IMG/VR virus record: IMGVR_UViG_3300047094_001104
Direction: 5' to 3' (one strand)
Length of the DNA stretch: 20,000 nucleotides
Origin: an uncultured virus (IMG/VR IMGVR_UViG_3300047094_001104)
Taxonomy: Duplodnaviria > Heunggongvirae > Uroviricota > Caudoviricetes
Shown: piece by piece, positions 1 to 8,357 of the stretch
How the letters are laid out: the number at the start of each line of letters is the position of its first letter
How positions within the stretch are numbered: the first letter of the stretch is position 1
The notes under the pieces: generated by a model
What the model saw: the letters and a program-made list of their open reading frames with translations, nothing else
Told to the model about the DNA's origin: nothing
Database searches by the model: none
Made by a program: the position numbers and the translations under genes

Positions 1-302
1 TACAATGCAAGCATAAAGCTCTTAGAGCTTCCTCGACTGCCGATTAGCATAGGGTATTTTCTTACCCACAATTCTTGAAGAACCACATTCTGGAATGGTA
101 GTATGTCTACGTTTAGAATGTGATGACACAGAAAAGCAAAATACTCAGGCTGAGATAATAACCACGCTACCTTTTTCTCGAAGTCTAAGTTATCGTCTGT
201 TCTCAAGATATCTAATGGGTTATATGCTGGCTCTTCCTTTACATACTTGGTCAAATATGCTTCGTTGAGTTCGCGTAAGACTTGTTTGGTTAATTTTTCC
301 AA
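1..302 (-). CDS. terL: Terminase large subunit, N-terminal part (runs off the window's left edge)
   Basis: Manual translation from TTG at 302: MEKLTKQVLRELNEAYL...HILNVDILPFQNVVLQELWVRKYPMLIGSRGSSKSFMLAL. LxPFQ adenine-binding motif followed by a Walker-A-like SRGSSKS, typical of TerL ATPase domains. Start codon uncertain. Confidence 0.8.
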   Translation of the reverse strand, partial: MEKLTKQVLRELNEAYLTKYVKEEPAYNPLDILRTDDNLDFEKKVAWLLSQPEYFAFLCHHILNVDILPFQNVVLQELWVRKYPMLIGSRGSSKSFMLAL

Positions 303-395
303 GCTGCACGTTGTTCCACTAAATTTGAATTGGGCGAAAGAAGCCCACAGTAAAAGAAAAAATGGGCCGACCTACCCCTTGTATGCCGTTACGCC

Positions 396-929
396 CTAGT
401 CAACTAGCCGTTCTGCCTGAGACACAAAGAATGGCCGACAGCGAGACGCCATAATGGGCCTAACTCCTAGTACTCTCATTCCACGCTGGTCTGCCGAATC
501 AGCAATTCTAGTTTTGATCTTGTTGCATATCCGCCAAACACCAGCTTCTTTAATTTGATCACCTGACAATTGGCTGATAATTCGGACTAGGGCAGCACCA
601 CCCAGCATTTCTAAATGGTTCTGACCGCTAAACTGTGCCGTTTCATACTTCAAGACATCATGAATCTCATATTCGATCCCAAGCCTCCACTGCCAGTCTT
701 TATCGTCGGCGGAAGTTACAGCAATAATTGCAGTCTCACAGATTTGGCTTGCTATTGTGTGAACTCGCCAGTACTGGATAAGTGGCCATATCAGATAGAG
801 GCCCGGACCTTTTCGTCGCCCCCATCGGCCAAACCAAAAACAAACTGCCTCCTCCATTGGGCCAACAATTGTGGGCCTTGGAAGAAGTTCCCAAATAAAC
901 TGGATGATCTGAGTTAGTAGGTCTAACAT
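396..929 (-). CDS. SPFH/band-7 domain membrane protein
   Basis: Hydrophobic N-terminus, then IVGPMEEAVCFWFGR...GPGLYLIWPLI...VTSADD...IEYEIHD pattern typical of stomatin/HflK-like domains. Confidence 0.7.
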   Translation of the reverse strand: MLDLLTQIIQFIWELLPRPTIVGPMEEAVCFWFGRWGRRKGPGLYLIWPLIQYWRVHTIASQICETAIIAVTSADDKDWQWRLGIEYEIHDVLKYETAQFSGQNHLEMLGGAALVRIISQLSGDQIKEAGVWRICNKIKTRIADSADQRGMRVLGVRPIMASRCRPFFVSQAERLVD

Positions 930-1426
930 TGCTCTAGCTCTTTAAATCGCCCAAGGACATAATCTTCAGCACTACGCCGATTTCCGCAGAATACTACCGG
1001 CATTTTAGCCGCCACTCTATCTATCAAGGTTTTAAGATGTCGCCCATTTATACGAAGCTCCGACCAAGCATCAACTCTCTCTCCCCTAGAATATTTGCCA
1101 CTGGCTATCTCTTTTACTGATGGTCTTCTGAGCTTTGGTATGCCAGAATTCTCAGGGAAGCAGTAGATGTCAGACTCTGAAAACTCAAAGACGCATTCTG
1201 CCTTTTCTAAAAGAAGAAGCTTGTCAACTTCTCTATGGAATCGCTCCATATTCTTGGTTCTGCCAAGATTCATATAGATTTCGCCAGTAGATGCTTTTCT
1301 CTCTACAGCATATTTGCCAATAAGGATAGATGTGGTGTAATCTCCACACTTAAGAGTTTTCTTTGTTGTTTTCTCTGTGAAGAATGTCCACGGAGTTTTC
1401 TCCCTCGTGTCGTAATAGATCTCCAT
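923..1426 (-). CDS. ERCC4 (XPF/Mus81-type) domain nuclease
   Basis: DTREKTPW...GDY...VERKAS..E motif (GDxnERKx3D/E). Confidence 0.8.
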   Translation of the reverse strand: MEIYYDTREKTPWTFFTEKTTKKTLKCGDYTTSILIGKYAVERKASTGEIYMNLGRTKNMERFHREVDKLLLLEKAECVFEFSESDIYCFPENSGIPKLRRPSVKEIASGKYSRGERVDAWSELRINGRHLKTLIDRVAAKMPVVFCGNRRSAEDYVLGRFKELEQC

Positions 1427-1997
1427 TTGTTCCCCTTATTGCATTTACCTTGACGTATCCTAGATAGCACTGAACAGTGCCAGTATCATCCTTTACAGCC
1501 ATAGCTGTAGATGTTATATCAGTTAACAAATTGTTCTTCTTGTTAACTAGAGTATAGTCACAATCGTACGCGATGTCGTTTTGTATAGAATAGAGCCAAT
1601 GATCATTTACTCTTTTCCTGTCCCCCGGCCTAACGGCTTGCAGCCATCCAAATCCCATCATATCTTTCGAGTCAAGACAAAATAACTCATTGAGGTATGA
1701 GTTACTCCATGTGCATCTACCTTTGGTATCGCAGATGAATATTCCAATTTCGATATGCCTTTCTGTAATCTGCTGCCGAAGTTCACAGACCTCATAGGAG
1801 GTCTGAATTGCGTCATAAATCGCCTTAATAGCCTCTGCGGGGCTGTCACCAAAAACGACATGAAAGCGGTCACCGAGTACAAAGGATCTAATTGCATTTT
1901 TGATATACCTCCTACAGCGTGCGATAAAGGCGAAAGCTCCAACGACGACAAACGATATCGTCCCGTAGTTTTCTATGATTGACTTAATTGTATCCAT
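1350..1997 (-). CDS. N-terminal transmembrane helix + PAS domain protein
   Basis: TM-like GTISFVVVGAFAFIA; PAS signature GIFICDTKGRCTWSNSYLNELF...MMGFGWLQAVRPGDRKRV...W. Confidence 0.75.
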   Translation of the reverse strand: MDTIKSIIENYGTISFVVVGAFAFIARCRRYIKNAIRSFVLGDRFHVVFGDSPAEAIKAIYDAIQTSYEVCELRQQITERHIEIGIFICDTKGRCTWSNSYLNELFCLDSKDMMGFGWLQAVRPGDRKRVNDHWLYSIQNDIAYDCDYTLVNKKNNLLTDITSTAMAVKDDTGTVQCYLGYVKVNAIRGTNGDLLRHEGENSVDILHRENNKENS

Positions 1998-2247
1998 TTA
2001 TGATACTCCTAAATAAAGGGGCATAATGAAGCTCCTTGTCCTTTATGGAGTCATGGCAGGTTTTACACAAAGTTACTAAGTTGAACAGTTCGAACCGAAG
2101 AGATGGGGCATCGCTCCACCTTTCTATGTGATGGACCACTAACTTCTTCTTTGCCTTACACCCCGGCATTTGGCATCTCTTCTTGTCTCGCTTGATACAA
2201 GCAAGTCTGGCTTCCTTATAAAATGGGCAGTCATAATCTCTTTTCAT
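1984..2247 (-). CDS. Small HNH endonuclease (possibly packaging-associated)
   Basis: RDKKRCQMPGC...VHHI...NLVTLCKTCH zinc/HNH motif, 87 aa, in the terminase block. Confidence 0.85.
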   Translation of the reverse strand: MKRDYDCPFYKEARLACIKRDKKRCQMPGCKAKKKLVVHHIERWSDAPSLRFELFNLVTLCKTCHDSIKDKELHYAPLFRSIINGYN

Positions 2248-3059
2248 TCATCGCCAACCGTTTCATGCGAGAGAATGATACGATCCACCTTAGAATCAGC
2301 AAAGGTGTGATAAGAACCAAGCTCTTCTTTGGCTCCCTGTGCGGCAAGCCTCATCATCTCCATCAATCTACCTTGCTCTTCAAAGAAGTCTGGGTCCTGT
2401 AGGAGCTTGCTCATTAACCCAGCAAAGGTAGTCTTATTACTTTCAAGTTTTTGGACTCGCTGCTCTCTAGTGGCCTTAAGATCCTTGAACATGGCCGATT
2501 TTTTAGTTTGTAGCTCCTTATAGTCCCTACCCAAAGCCTCTTTGGCGGAACGCAGCGAAGCCACCTGCCTCTGTAAAGAGAAATGATGCTCCTTGTCGCG
2601 ATCGGCAACTGCTTTGGCGTCTTCTACAGCAATCTGCTCTTCTAGATCTCTGACGGTCTCGATCGTCTGCTGCTGCTCACGAAGAGCCCTATTCATTAGG
2701 ACTTCTAGTTTGATCGTATCAATGATCTGAAGTTCCTCAGTTGCGAGTACGTCTCTGCGGAACTGGGCAATAATTTGCTTCCAGTGATAAAGGAACATCT
2801 CTAGTTCCTCTTTACTGAACTGTCCTTGTAGCTCTTTCCAGAATGGGCGAGTCTTGATGTCATATTCGGCCTGAACCTCAAAGGCCTCTTTCTTGTTCTT
2901 GGTCTTGCCGATTTTTTGCAGATAGAGCCTAACGGGCTCGATATCCCGCCCAAGATTTTTGGCCATCTGGTCAGCCGTCATCTTATCGCAGTGTTTCTCG
3001 ATATAGTCCCACTCAGCTTTACTGAGTCTACCCTTAGCCTTAGCTATATTACTGGCCAT
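2244..3059 (-). CDS. HTH + coiled-coil protein, candidate terminase small subunit
   Basis: N-terminal HTH-like MTADQMAKNLGRDIEPVRLYL, long helical coiled coil, operon position upstream of terL. Function is inferred. Confidence 0.5.
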   Translation of the reverse strand: MASNIAKAKGRLSKAEWDYIEKHCDKMTADQMAKNLGRDIEPVRLYLQKIGKTKNKKEAFEVQAEYDIKTRPFWKELQGQFSKEELEMFLYHWKQIIAQFRRDVLATEELQIIDTIKLEVLMNRALREQQQTIETVRDLEEQIAVEDAKAVADRDKEHHFSLQRQVASLRSAKEALGRDYKELQTKKSAMFKDLKATREQRVQKLESNKTTFAGLMSKLLQDPDFFEEQGRLMEMMRLAAQGAKEELGSYHTFADSKVDRIILSHETVGDE

Positions 3060-3498
3060 CGACTAGATCCTTAACTACTTTTATGAGGGCTGCTCGTCTC
3101 GCCGAAGGTAGAGACACCCCATTTGCCCATCTTAAATAGTCGGCTCGCATACTTACCGACAGATTGTTTAGAATATAATCAACGAGATCTGGTGTAACCT
3201 GATCATATTCTTCAGTTGGGTGTTCCAGAATCTCTGAGAAATCTAACACAGACCTCTTCTCATGATTTTTGTAGTAACTTCGTGATAAGGAAATTAGTCG
3301 CTTTGAAACGGAGTACATGAGGAAGAACTCTAGAGATCTCACCCCATCCCATTTCTCATAAACTTGGCATGCTATAATCATGGCCTCTTGGGAAATATCT
3401 TCCTCGGTCATGAATGAGAAAGGTTTCTTCTTGACTTTATCTACGACGAAGTAGATAATATCAAGGTGTTCCTTGGGAATCTCTGTCAGCTTTTTCAC
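3049..3498 (-). CDS. Sigma70 region-2-like phage sigma factor
   Basis: EEDISQEAMIIACQVYEKWDGVRSLEFFLMYSVSKRL resembles the region 2 consensus (EDLxQEa...kfD....f..y....i.n.l). Confidence 0.65.
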   Translation of the reverse strand: MKKLTEIPKEHLDIIYFVVDKVKKKPFSFMTEEDISQEAMIIACQVYEKWDGVRSLEFFLMYSVSKRLISLSRSYYKNHEKRSVLDFSEILEHPTEEYDQVTPDLVDYILNNLSVSMRADYLRWANGVSLPSARRAALIKVVKDLVDGQ

Positions 3499-3634
3499 GG
3501 ATTTTACCTAGGATAGCTTTCGCCATCTCCTTTGGGGGATCGGGCATAAGAAGCTCATCTTCAATTCGCTTCTTTAGTTCTGCTGTGGCCATAGCCACAT
3601 AGCGAGTATCACCATTAATTACGAGTTTCATCAT
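3461..3634 (-). CDS. Hypothetical 57-aa protein (not in ORF track)
   Basis: MMKLVINGDTRYVAMATAELKKRIEDELL...SQGTP*, GAGG just upstream, overlaps the start of the next gene. Confidence 0.6.
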   Translation of the reverse strand: MMKLVINGDTRYVAMATAELKKRIEDELLMPDPPKEMAKAILGKIREKADRDSQGTP

Positions 3635-3720
3635 GACCTCAAGTCATCAGTAAAAAGAGAAGTCTCCCTATTATATACGCTTTTATCTAAATATGGCTGT
3701 CATTAGTGGAAATAACGTAT

Positions 3721-3749
3721 AAGAGTACGGGCGGTGTGCCCGTACTCTT
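3721..3749. promoter_or_regulatory. Perfect 12-bp inverted repeat in the divergent intergenic region
   Basis: AAGAGTACGGGC-ggtgt-GCCCGTACTCTT. Confidence 0.5.
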
Positions 3750-3772
3750 CTATTATGTGGTTCTTATAAGGC

Positions 3773-4198
3773 GTGGCCATGAAACTTTGGTTGTCTGGTG
3801 TTGCTGGTGCTGGCAAGTATGCTGAGGTTGATCCTGAAGATTATGTGCGGCTCAACCGATACAAGTGGTTTTTGAGGAACACATATGCGGTGGCCGTAGT
3901 GGACGGCTGTACAGTCCGCATGCACCGAGTTGTTATGAACGAGGATGATCCTAGGATCGTCATTGACCATATTAATAGGGATCGGCTCGACAACCGCGTA
4001 AGCAACTTACGTAGGATGTCACCCATCGAAAACGCAAATAATCGTGTCGATAATGTGAGAGTTCTAGCCTTTGGCGAAGAACTCACTCTCGCAGAATGGG
4101 CTAGAGATCCAAGATGTGGGGTGTCTTACGATACGCTTCATAAGCGTATCTATCGTGGATATCCAGCCGAAGTAGCGATCTTAGCAAAGGAAGAATAA
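3773..4198 (+). CDS. HNH homing endonuclease-like protein
   Basis: MHRVVM...IDHINRDRLDNRVSNLR...N HNH motif; C-terminal TLAEWA...TLHKRIYRG DNA-binding module. Confidence 0.85.
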   Translation: MAMKLWLSGVAGAGKYAEVDPEDYVRLNRYKWFLRNTYAVAVVDGCTVRMHRVVMNEDDPRIVIDHINRDRLDNRVSNLRRMSPIENANNRVDNVRVLAFGEELTLAEWARDPRCGVSYDTLHKRIYRGYPAEVAILAKEE

Positions 4199-5115
4199 TG
4201 GCTAGACCAATTGGCAAATTGAGTAACAATAACCCGCTGACGGCAGCAGAGACTAGGTCTTTAGTGGCTGAGTATTCCACTATGACTAATAACGACTTGA
4301 TAAAGAAATACAATATTTCTAAGACTCAGTTCAAGTCGATAGTGAAACACTATAAGCTGAAGACTAAGCATTTTGGCAAATTTATATCTGGCAAGAAGGA
4401 TCTAGATTTCTTCAAGGGCAAATGCGGAGTTTATGCAATAGTCAGAACTGACTGTACAAAAGTCTACATAGGATCGAGTGCTGATGTATACTCAAGATTC
4501 CAAAAACATATATCGCAGCTTGATAGAGGACTACACAAAAATACAGACCTGCAAAATGACTGGGGCAAGTATGGTTTTTATATGGCCTATATCGAGGACT
4601 GTGATGAGAAAGATCTACTGAGGAGAGAGAATGAAATCATGTCAAGTCTAGATTCATGGTGCCTGTACAATCGTACAGTCATCTCTGATAAAGGCGTTGA
4701 CTACTCAGAGATCTGGCAAAAAATGCAGCCCGATTTGGTCATACTGGATTCCGGCTGCTGGGAATATGAGAAACCAAATGTTTCATTGCGAGGAGAAAAG
4801 TATATTCCACATAGAGTGTCGTATATGCACCATTGTGGAAACTTCTCTTATATGGTACAGAGGAACTGCAAGAACTTTAAGTGCTGTAATCCAGATCATT
4901 TGGTGAGTGTCTCATGTAGAGAAAGTCGTGAATTGAGTTCGAAGAGATTATCTAATATGAGCTACCGTGGGAGCAAACTAGATGAGTTCAAAGATAAGAT
5001 ATTAGAGATGAAGAAAGATGGGAAGACTCTCAAAGAGATAGCTATGGCTTTACCGTGCGATGTCCATGCGGCTACGCTGTCGAGGTTTCTGGGGCGTTGC
5101 GTGGGTGGGGTTTAA
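4198..5115 (+). CDS. GIY-YIG endonuclease fused to an HNH/zinc-loop-like domain and HTH
   Basis: GVYAI...VYIGSS...R...H...E...N GIY-YIG motif; GCWEY...HRVSY...CKNFKCCNPDHL; C-terminal GKTLKEIAMAL HTH. Confidence 0.8.
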   Translation: MARPIGKLSNNNPLTAAETRSLVAEYSTMTNNDLIKKYNISKTQFKSIVKHYKLKTKHFGKFISGKKDLDFFKGKCGVYAIVRTDCTKVYIGSSADVYSRFQKHISQLDRGLHKNTDLQNDWGKYGFYMAYIEDCDEKDLLRRENEIMSSLDSWCLYNRTVISDKGVDYSEIWQKMQPDLVILDSGCWEYEKPNVSLRGEKYIPHRVSYMHHCGNFSYMVQRNCKNFKCCNPDHLVSVSCRESRELSSKRLSNMSYRGSKLDEFKDKILEMKKDGKTLKEIAMALPCDVHAATLSRFLGRCVGGV

Positions 5116-5269
5116 TTGGGTTTGATGGGACATTACTTTTGAGCAGGCCCCGGCGTCTTAACATACCTGTACAGACCCCTCCCCCTAAGGAGATAAAACC
5201 CCACCCCCCTACGCCATCGACCAATTCCAGAAAAGTTTTTTTATTTTGGCCGAATCATTGATGCGAGTA

Positions 5270-5299
5270 TTGACGCATGGCCGATAACTATGGTATGAT
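5270..5299 (+). promoter_or_regulatory. sigma70-type promoter
   Basis: TTGACG-N18-TATGAT with TGn extension. Confidence 0.55.
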
Positions 5300-5336
5300 C
5301 CGCGTGTCAATTCAAAACACTCTAAGGACAACAGTC

Positions 5337-5501
5337 ATGGAAATCAACGGATTCACTTTCAGTTCACGCCTCATGGGAACATCAGCCTGCTATCACGTCG
5401 CCAAACGTGGTGACGTAGTTTTCACCTCGAAAGAAATGAGTTATTTGATTCGAAAAGTAAAAAATTATGGAACATCTACTGTTGCAATCAAAACAAAATG
5501 A
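5337..5501 (+). CDS. Hypothetical protein (54 aa)
   Basis: MEINGFTFSSRL..., AAGGA upstream; start corrected from ORF 5277. Confidence 0.55.
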   Translation: MEINGFTFSSRLMGTSACYHVAKRGDVVFTSKEMSYLIRKVKNYGTSTVAIKTK

Positions 5502-5551
5502 CGATAGTATACTGTCTGACAAGTGTTTCACCCCTGACGAAAGATACCACG

Positions 5552-5737
5552 ATGCGATACGACGACCGAATCACCAGCGTTGAATTGAACAACACCAACG
5601 AATTGTTGGCCCTTCTGAACGAAGAAGATGCCAAAATGGAAAATTGGATCGCAGACGTGATTGAGACCGCGTCAGCCGTCTATGATCCGGCTCCTGAATA
5701 TCTCGATCAGGAATGGTTGGACAAGGGGAATTACTAG
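5552..5737 (+). CDS. Hypothetical acidic protein
   Basis: MRYDDRITSVELNN...; start corrected from ORF 5498. Confidence 0.55.
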   Translation: MRYDDRITSVELNNTNELLALLNEEDAKMENWIADVIETASAVYDPAPEYLDQEWLDKGNY

Positions 5738-5739
5738 GC

Positions 5740-5768
5740 TTGACAGGTTCGGGGGAATCCTCTAAAAT
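5740..5768 (+). promoter_or_regulatory. sigma70-type promoter
   Basis: TTGACA-N17-TAAAAT. Confidence 0.65.
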
Positions 5769-5801
5769 CCCCCTATCATTCACCCCCTGAGGAGAGTTAA
5801 A

Positions 5802-6071
5802 ATGGGCAAATTGTCTGACCTGATGATCGAATTCTGCGAAATCAAAGAAAAGTCTGGCTTCGACTTCGATGTAACGATGTCTGCCCTTGTCCGGGGCGGC
5901 AACCCTACTACTGATGAATTCTGTGCATGGCATAGTACCAACTACTCCCCCCCTAAGTGGGAGATGCCAATGCACCTAAGGAGTGAGGCCGACAAACAAC
6001 TAGTGGCTATCGCTGAGAAGATGCGGGCAGCTAAGGCCTCGCCAGTAGGGTGGGATAGTATTGAGGCCTAA
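5802..6071 (+). CDS. Hypothetical protein
   Basis: 89-aa ORF with GAGGAG Shine-Dalgarno. Confidence 0.7.
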   Translation: MGKLSDLMIEFCEIKEKSGFDFDVTMSALVRGGNPTTDEFCAWHSTNYSPPKWEMPMHLRSEADKQLVAIAEKMRAAKASPVGWDSIEA

Positions 6072-6128
6072 GACTATCTGACCTTTTCCCTAAGGGGGCG
6101 AAAGCCCCACCCCTAATGGAGTTCTCTG

Positions 6129-6317
6129 ATGAAGTACTACGAAGTTAAGTTAGTATGCACTGAGGGTGGTTACTTGACTCGCACAGTTGAGGCGGTCAAT
6201 GCCACCGTAGCGGTAGCTGAAGCAATCGCCTACCTGCATGATGCACAAACTACCCCCGTGGAGATTGCCGAAGTGACCTGTAAGGTAGTCAAGAGCATGC
6301 CCAAATGGGTAGGCTAG
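6129..6317 (+). CDS. Small hypothetical protein (beta-beta-alpha-beta family member)
   Basis: GGAG SD; MKYYEVKLV...VEAVNATVAVAEA. Confidence 0.65.
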   Translation: MKYYEVKLVCTEGGYLTRTVEAVNATVAVAEAIAYLHDAQTTPVEIAEVTCKVVKSMPKWVG

Positions 6318-6373
6318 TAGGTCACCCTAGGGTGGCTATGTCATTATCCCTCACTCTACTCAGGACACACCCC

Positions 6374-6535
6374 ATGCAGTACATCAAGTTCTATTCCCTC
6401 AAGGCTATTCAGCGTGGTATGCTTACTGGTAAGGCACCTCGCCCCACCTACGTACCAGTGCCGCTACCCCCTAATGTCCAGCCCATGGCCGCCCTTAAGG
6501 CAGATCAGGACAACGCACGTAAGGCTCAGCAGTAA
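6374..6535 (+). CDS. Hypothetical protein (53 aa)
   Basis: MQYIKFYSLKAIQRG..., AGGA upstream. Confidence 0.5.
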   Translation: MQYIKFYSLKAIQRGMLTGKAPRPTYVPVPLPPNVQPMAALKADQDNARKAQQ

Positions 6536-6548
6536 GCCACCCTAGGGT

Positions 6549-6603
6549 GGGGTGACTGACCCCTCCCTCCCCGCTCCAGCCGACCCGGTGTGGCGGCTGG
6601 CAG
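6549..6603 (+). repeat. Bipartite hairpin repeat, copy 1
   Basis: GGGGTGACTGACCCC...GCT-CCAGCCG-acccggtgtgg-CGGCTGG-CAG. Confidence 0.8.
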
Positions 6604-6642
6604 TTGACGCCAACTCCTCACTTCCTCAACAGGACTTGTACT

Positions 6643-6963
6643 ATGATCGTTACCCCCGGCATGGCTGGCTACGCTACTGGATACGGCTTCATCGGAAACC
6701 CCTACTTCCACGGGGACGCACCAGAATGGCGACTCAAGGACGGGGACACCGTCATAGAGTGCGATAGCACTCACCCATGGGCCATGCCGGTATACGAGGC
6801 CTACGACGAGCTAGAGCGTCAGTGGGACGCTGAGAAGGCCCTGTGGGAGTGTGAGGCGGCACGCCTAGATGACCTGTATGAATCCGCCCGATATGAGGCG
6901 ATGCTGGAGGCCGAGTGGGCACCCATCGAGCGGCTCTATGCCATTCAGGATTCCCTCTCGTAG
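6643..6963 (+). CDS. Hypothetical acidic protein
   Basis: MIVTPGMAGYATG..., AGGA upstream; start corrected from ORF 6604. Confidence 0.6.
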   Translation: MIVTPGMAGYATGYGFIGNPYFHGDAPEWRLKDGDTVIECDSTHPWAMPVYEAYDELERQWDAEKALWECEAARLDDLYESARYEAMLEAEWAPIERLYAIQDSLS

Positions 6964-6990
6964 GGTGGCCTGATTGGTTCCGCTAGGGAG

Positions 6991-7045
6991 GGGGCTGAAA
7001 GGCCCCCTTCTTCCCGTTTCACCCGGCAGGCGTGGCGGGTGACAC
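6991..7045 (+). repeat. Bipartite hairpin repeat, copy 2
   Basis: GGGGCTGAAAGGCCCC...GTT-TCACCCG-gcaggcgtgg-CGGGTGA-CAC. Confidence 0.9.
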
Positions 7046-7075
7046 ATCATACAACTCTCAGACGGATACCTGATC

Positions 7076-7243
7076 ATGAGAAAATTCCTTGTTTCTTTCA
7101 TTTTCTCTAATGGCTTCACCCACGAGATTCAGGTTGATGCGATCACTGCAATGCTAGCCGTGAGAAACGCCCACGCGAAACTCTCAGAAACGGTAAATCT
7201 GTCTGAAGCCGTTTCAATCGCCTGTACTGAGCGAAAAGAGTAA
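7076..7243 (+). CDS. Small hypothetical protein, 55 aa (not in ORF track)
   Basis: MRKFLVSFIFSNGFTHEIQVDAITAMLAVRNAHAKL...; resembles 6129-6317. Confidence 0.65.
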   Translation: MRKFLVSFIFSNGFTHEIQVDAITAMLAVRNAHAKLSETVNLSEAVSIACTERKE

Positions 7244-7288
7244 AGTCCGGAGCCGGGGTAGTCGATAATACAAGAGGAGGAACTCAAA

Positions 7289-7390
7289 ATGTCGAAGACC
7301 GACTGGGCCTGTGTTGTTTTTTATTACTCAATTGGGCCAATTGTTGCCATTTGGCTTGCACTGATCATACACACTGTGGTATACTTCTGA
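7289..7390 (+). CDS. 33-aa membrane peptide
   Basis: MSKTDWACVVFYYSIGPIVAIWLALIIHTVVYF*, strong GAGGAGG SD. Confidence 0.6.
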   Translation: MSKTDWACVVFYYSIGPIVAIWLALIIHTVVYF

Positions 7391-7446
7391 CACAGTCGGA
7401 CGACCTCCGGCAAAACCGGCCATATACATAAACAATGGAGCGAAGC

Positions 7447-7647
7447 ATGTTCATTACCCTCACGATCAAGTCACTGTCACCAACCAAGTCTGAGATCCAT
7501 GTACGCACGACCAGTATCACAAGCGTCAAGGCTGATGGGAATGGCTCGCTTCTCTCAGTAGTGGGAATAGGTGATCTTACCGTTACTGAGAAACCTCTAC
7601 ATATCCTCAATTGGATTTCTGATAAAGAAACAATTTCTCGGGGCTAG
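7447..7647 (+). CDS. Small protein, FlbD-like pattern
   Basis: MFITLT...IHVRTTSITSV...SLLSV...LTVTEKPLHILNWI resembles the FlbD-family pattern; GGAG SD. Confidence 0.5.
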   Translation: MFITLTIKSLSPTKSEIHVRTTSITSVKADGNGSLLSVVGIGDLTVTEKPLHILNWISDKETISRG

Positions 7648-7650
7648 GGC

Positions 7651-7678
7651 TTGACGGGAAATGCGGATTTATTACAAT
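7651..7678 (+). promoter_or_regulatory. sigma70-type promoter
   Basis: TTGACG-N16-TACAAT. Confidence 0.6.
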
Positions 7679-7717
7679 GGGGCCTAACGGCCCCTAAACC
7701 TTACAGGAATTAAAATC

Positions 7718-7879
7718 ATGCAATCATACTGTGTTGAAATCACTTTTGCTTCTGCTTGGAAAATCCAACAGGAAGTCAGAGCATTGGGCTTCACCGATGC
7801 AATCAACACTGTTGTAGACAAAGTGTCCACATACGTCTTCGAGACAATCATTATGGTCAAAGTCTGGCCACTAGCTTAA
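7718..7879 (+). CDS. Small hypothetical protein, 53 aa (not in ORF track)
   Basis: MQSYCVEITFASAWKIQQEVRALGFTDAINTVV..., AGGA SD, directly after a promoter. Confidence 0.6.
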   Translation: MQSYCVEITFASAWKIQQEVRALGFTDAINTVVDKVSTYVFETIIMVKVWPLA

Positions 7880-7907
7880 TTGGACACGAGCGGCCAGTAC
7901 TAAGGGT

Positions 7908-7961
7908 GGGGTGACAGGCCTCTACCTTGCGGTTCTACCCGGCAGGCGTGGCGGGTAGCAA
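7908..7961 (+). repeat. Bipartite hairpin repeat, copy 3
   Basis: GGGGTGACAGGCCTC...GTT-CTACCCG-gcaggcgtgg-CGGGTAG-CAA. Confidence 0.9.
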
Positions 7962-8023
7962 AACAAACAACACAGGCCATCAAGGGATGGTCAGCCCGCT
8001 TCACCCCTATTGGATTGTCAATT

Positions 8024-8347
8024 ATGAGAACTTCAATCAAGACCATGGTCAAGACCAAGAGCACTTCAGGCCAGCGTCACTGCTCACTCACGTTCTGGAC
8101 ACGCGACGAACAGGGCAACCTGCGGGGGATCTGGGTGTCAGGGAGCACATTCTCATCTGGAGACTCGATCCTCGGGATTCGGATGACTGGAAATCAGGAA
8201 GTTTCCAGCGAAATCTTCAAGAGCCTTGACAATGCTGTCGAGTTCCCTACAATGCACGGGAAGGTCAAGGCTCGGATCTGTGGAAATCGGATTTTCGTGA
8301 AAATCCCTGACGGGGTTGTGATGGACCACGAGCCACTTCCTACATAG
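8024..8347 (+). CDS. Hypothetical protein
   Basis: MRTSIKTMVKTKSTSGQRHCSLTFW... Confidence 0.6.
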   Translation: MRTSIKTMVKTKSTSGQRHCSLTFWTRDEQGNLRGIWVSGSTFSSGDSILGIRMTGNQEVSSEIFKSLDNAVEFPTMHGKVKARICGNRIFVKIPDGVVMDHEPLPT

Positions 8348-8357
8348 AAAAGAGATT

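Noticed and set aside
615..2608. Overlapping short ORFs within the late block (615, 1235, 1658, 1755, 2329, 2414)
   Set aside because: Shadow frames of genes with recognisable domains
6095..6108. GGGGCGAAAGCCCC hairpin as a further repeat copy
   Set aside because: Only the first hairpin is present; no CCG/CGG stem, and the GTT spacing differs
6991..7045. Repeats as simple intrinsic terminators
   Set aside because: No poly-T after either hairpin. Genuine terminators occur separately just before copies 10 and 12, and termination would not explain the conserved second stem or the fixed spacing.
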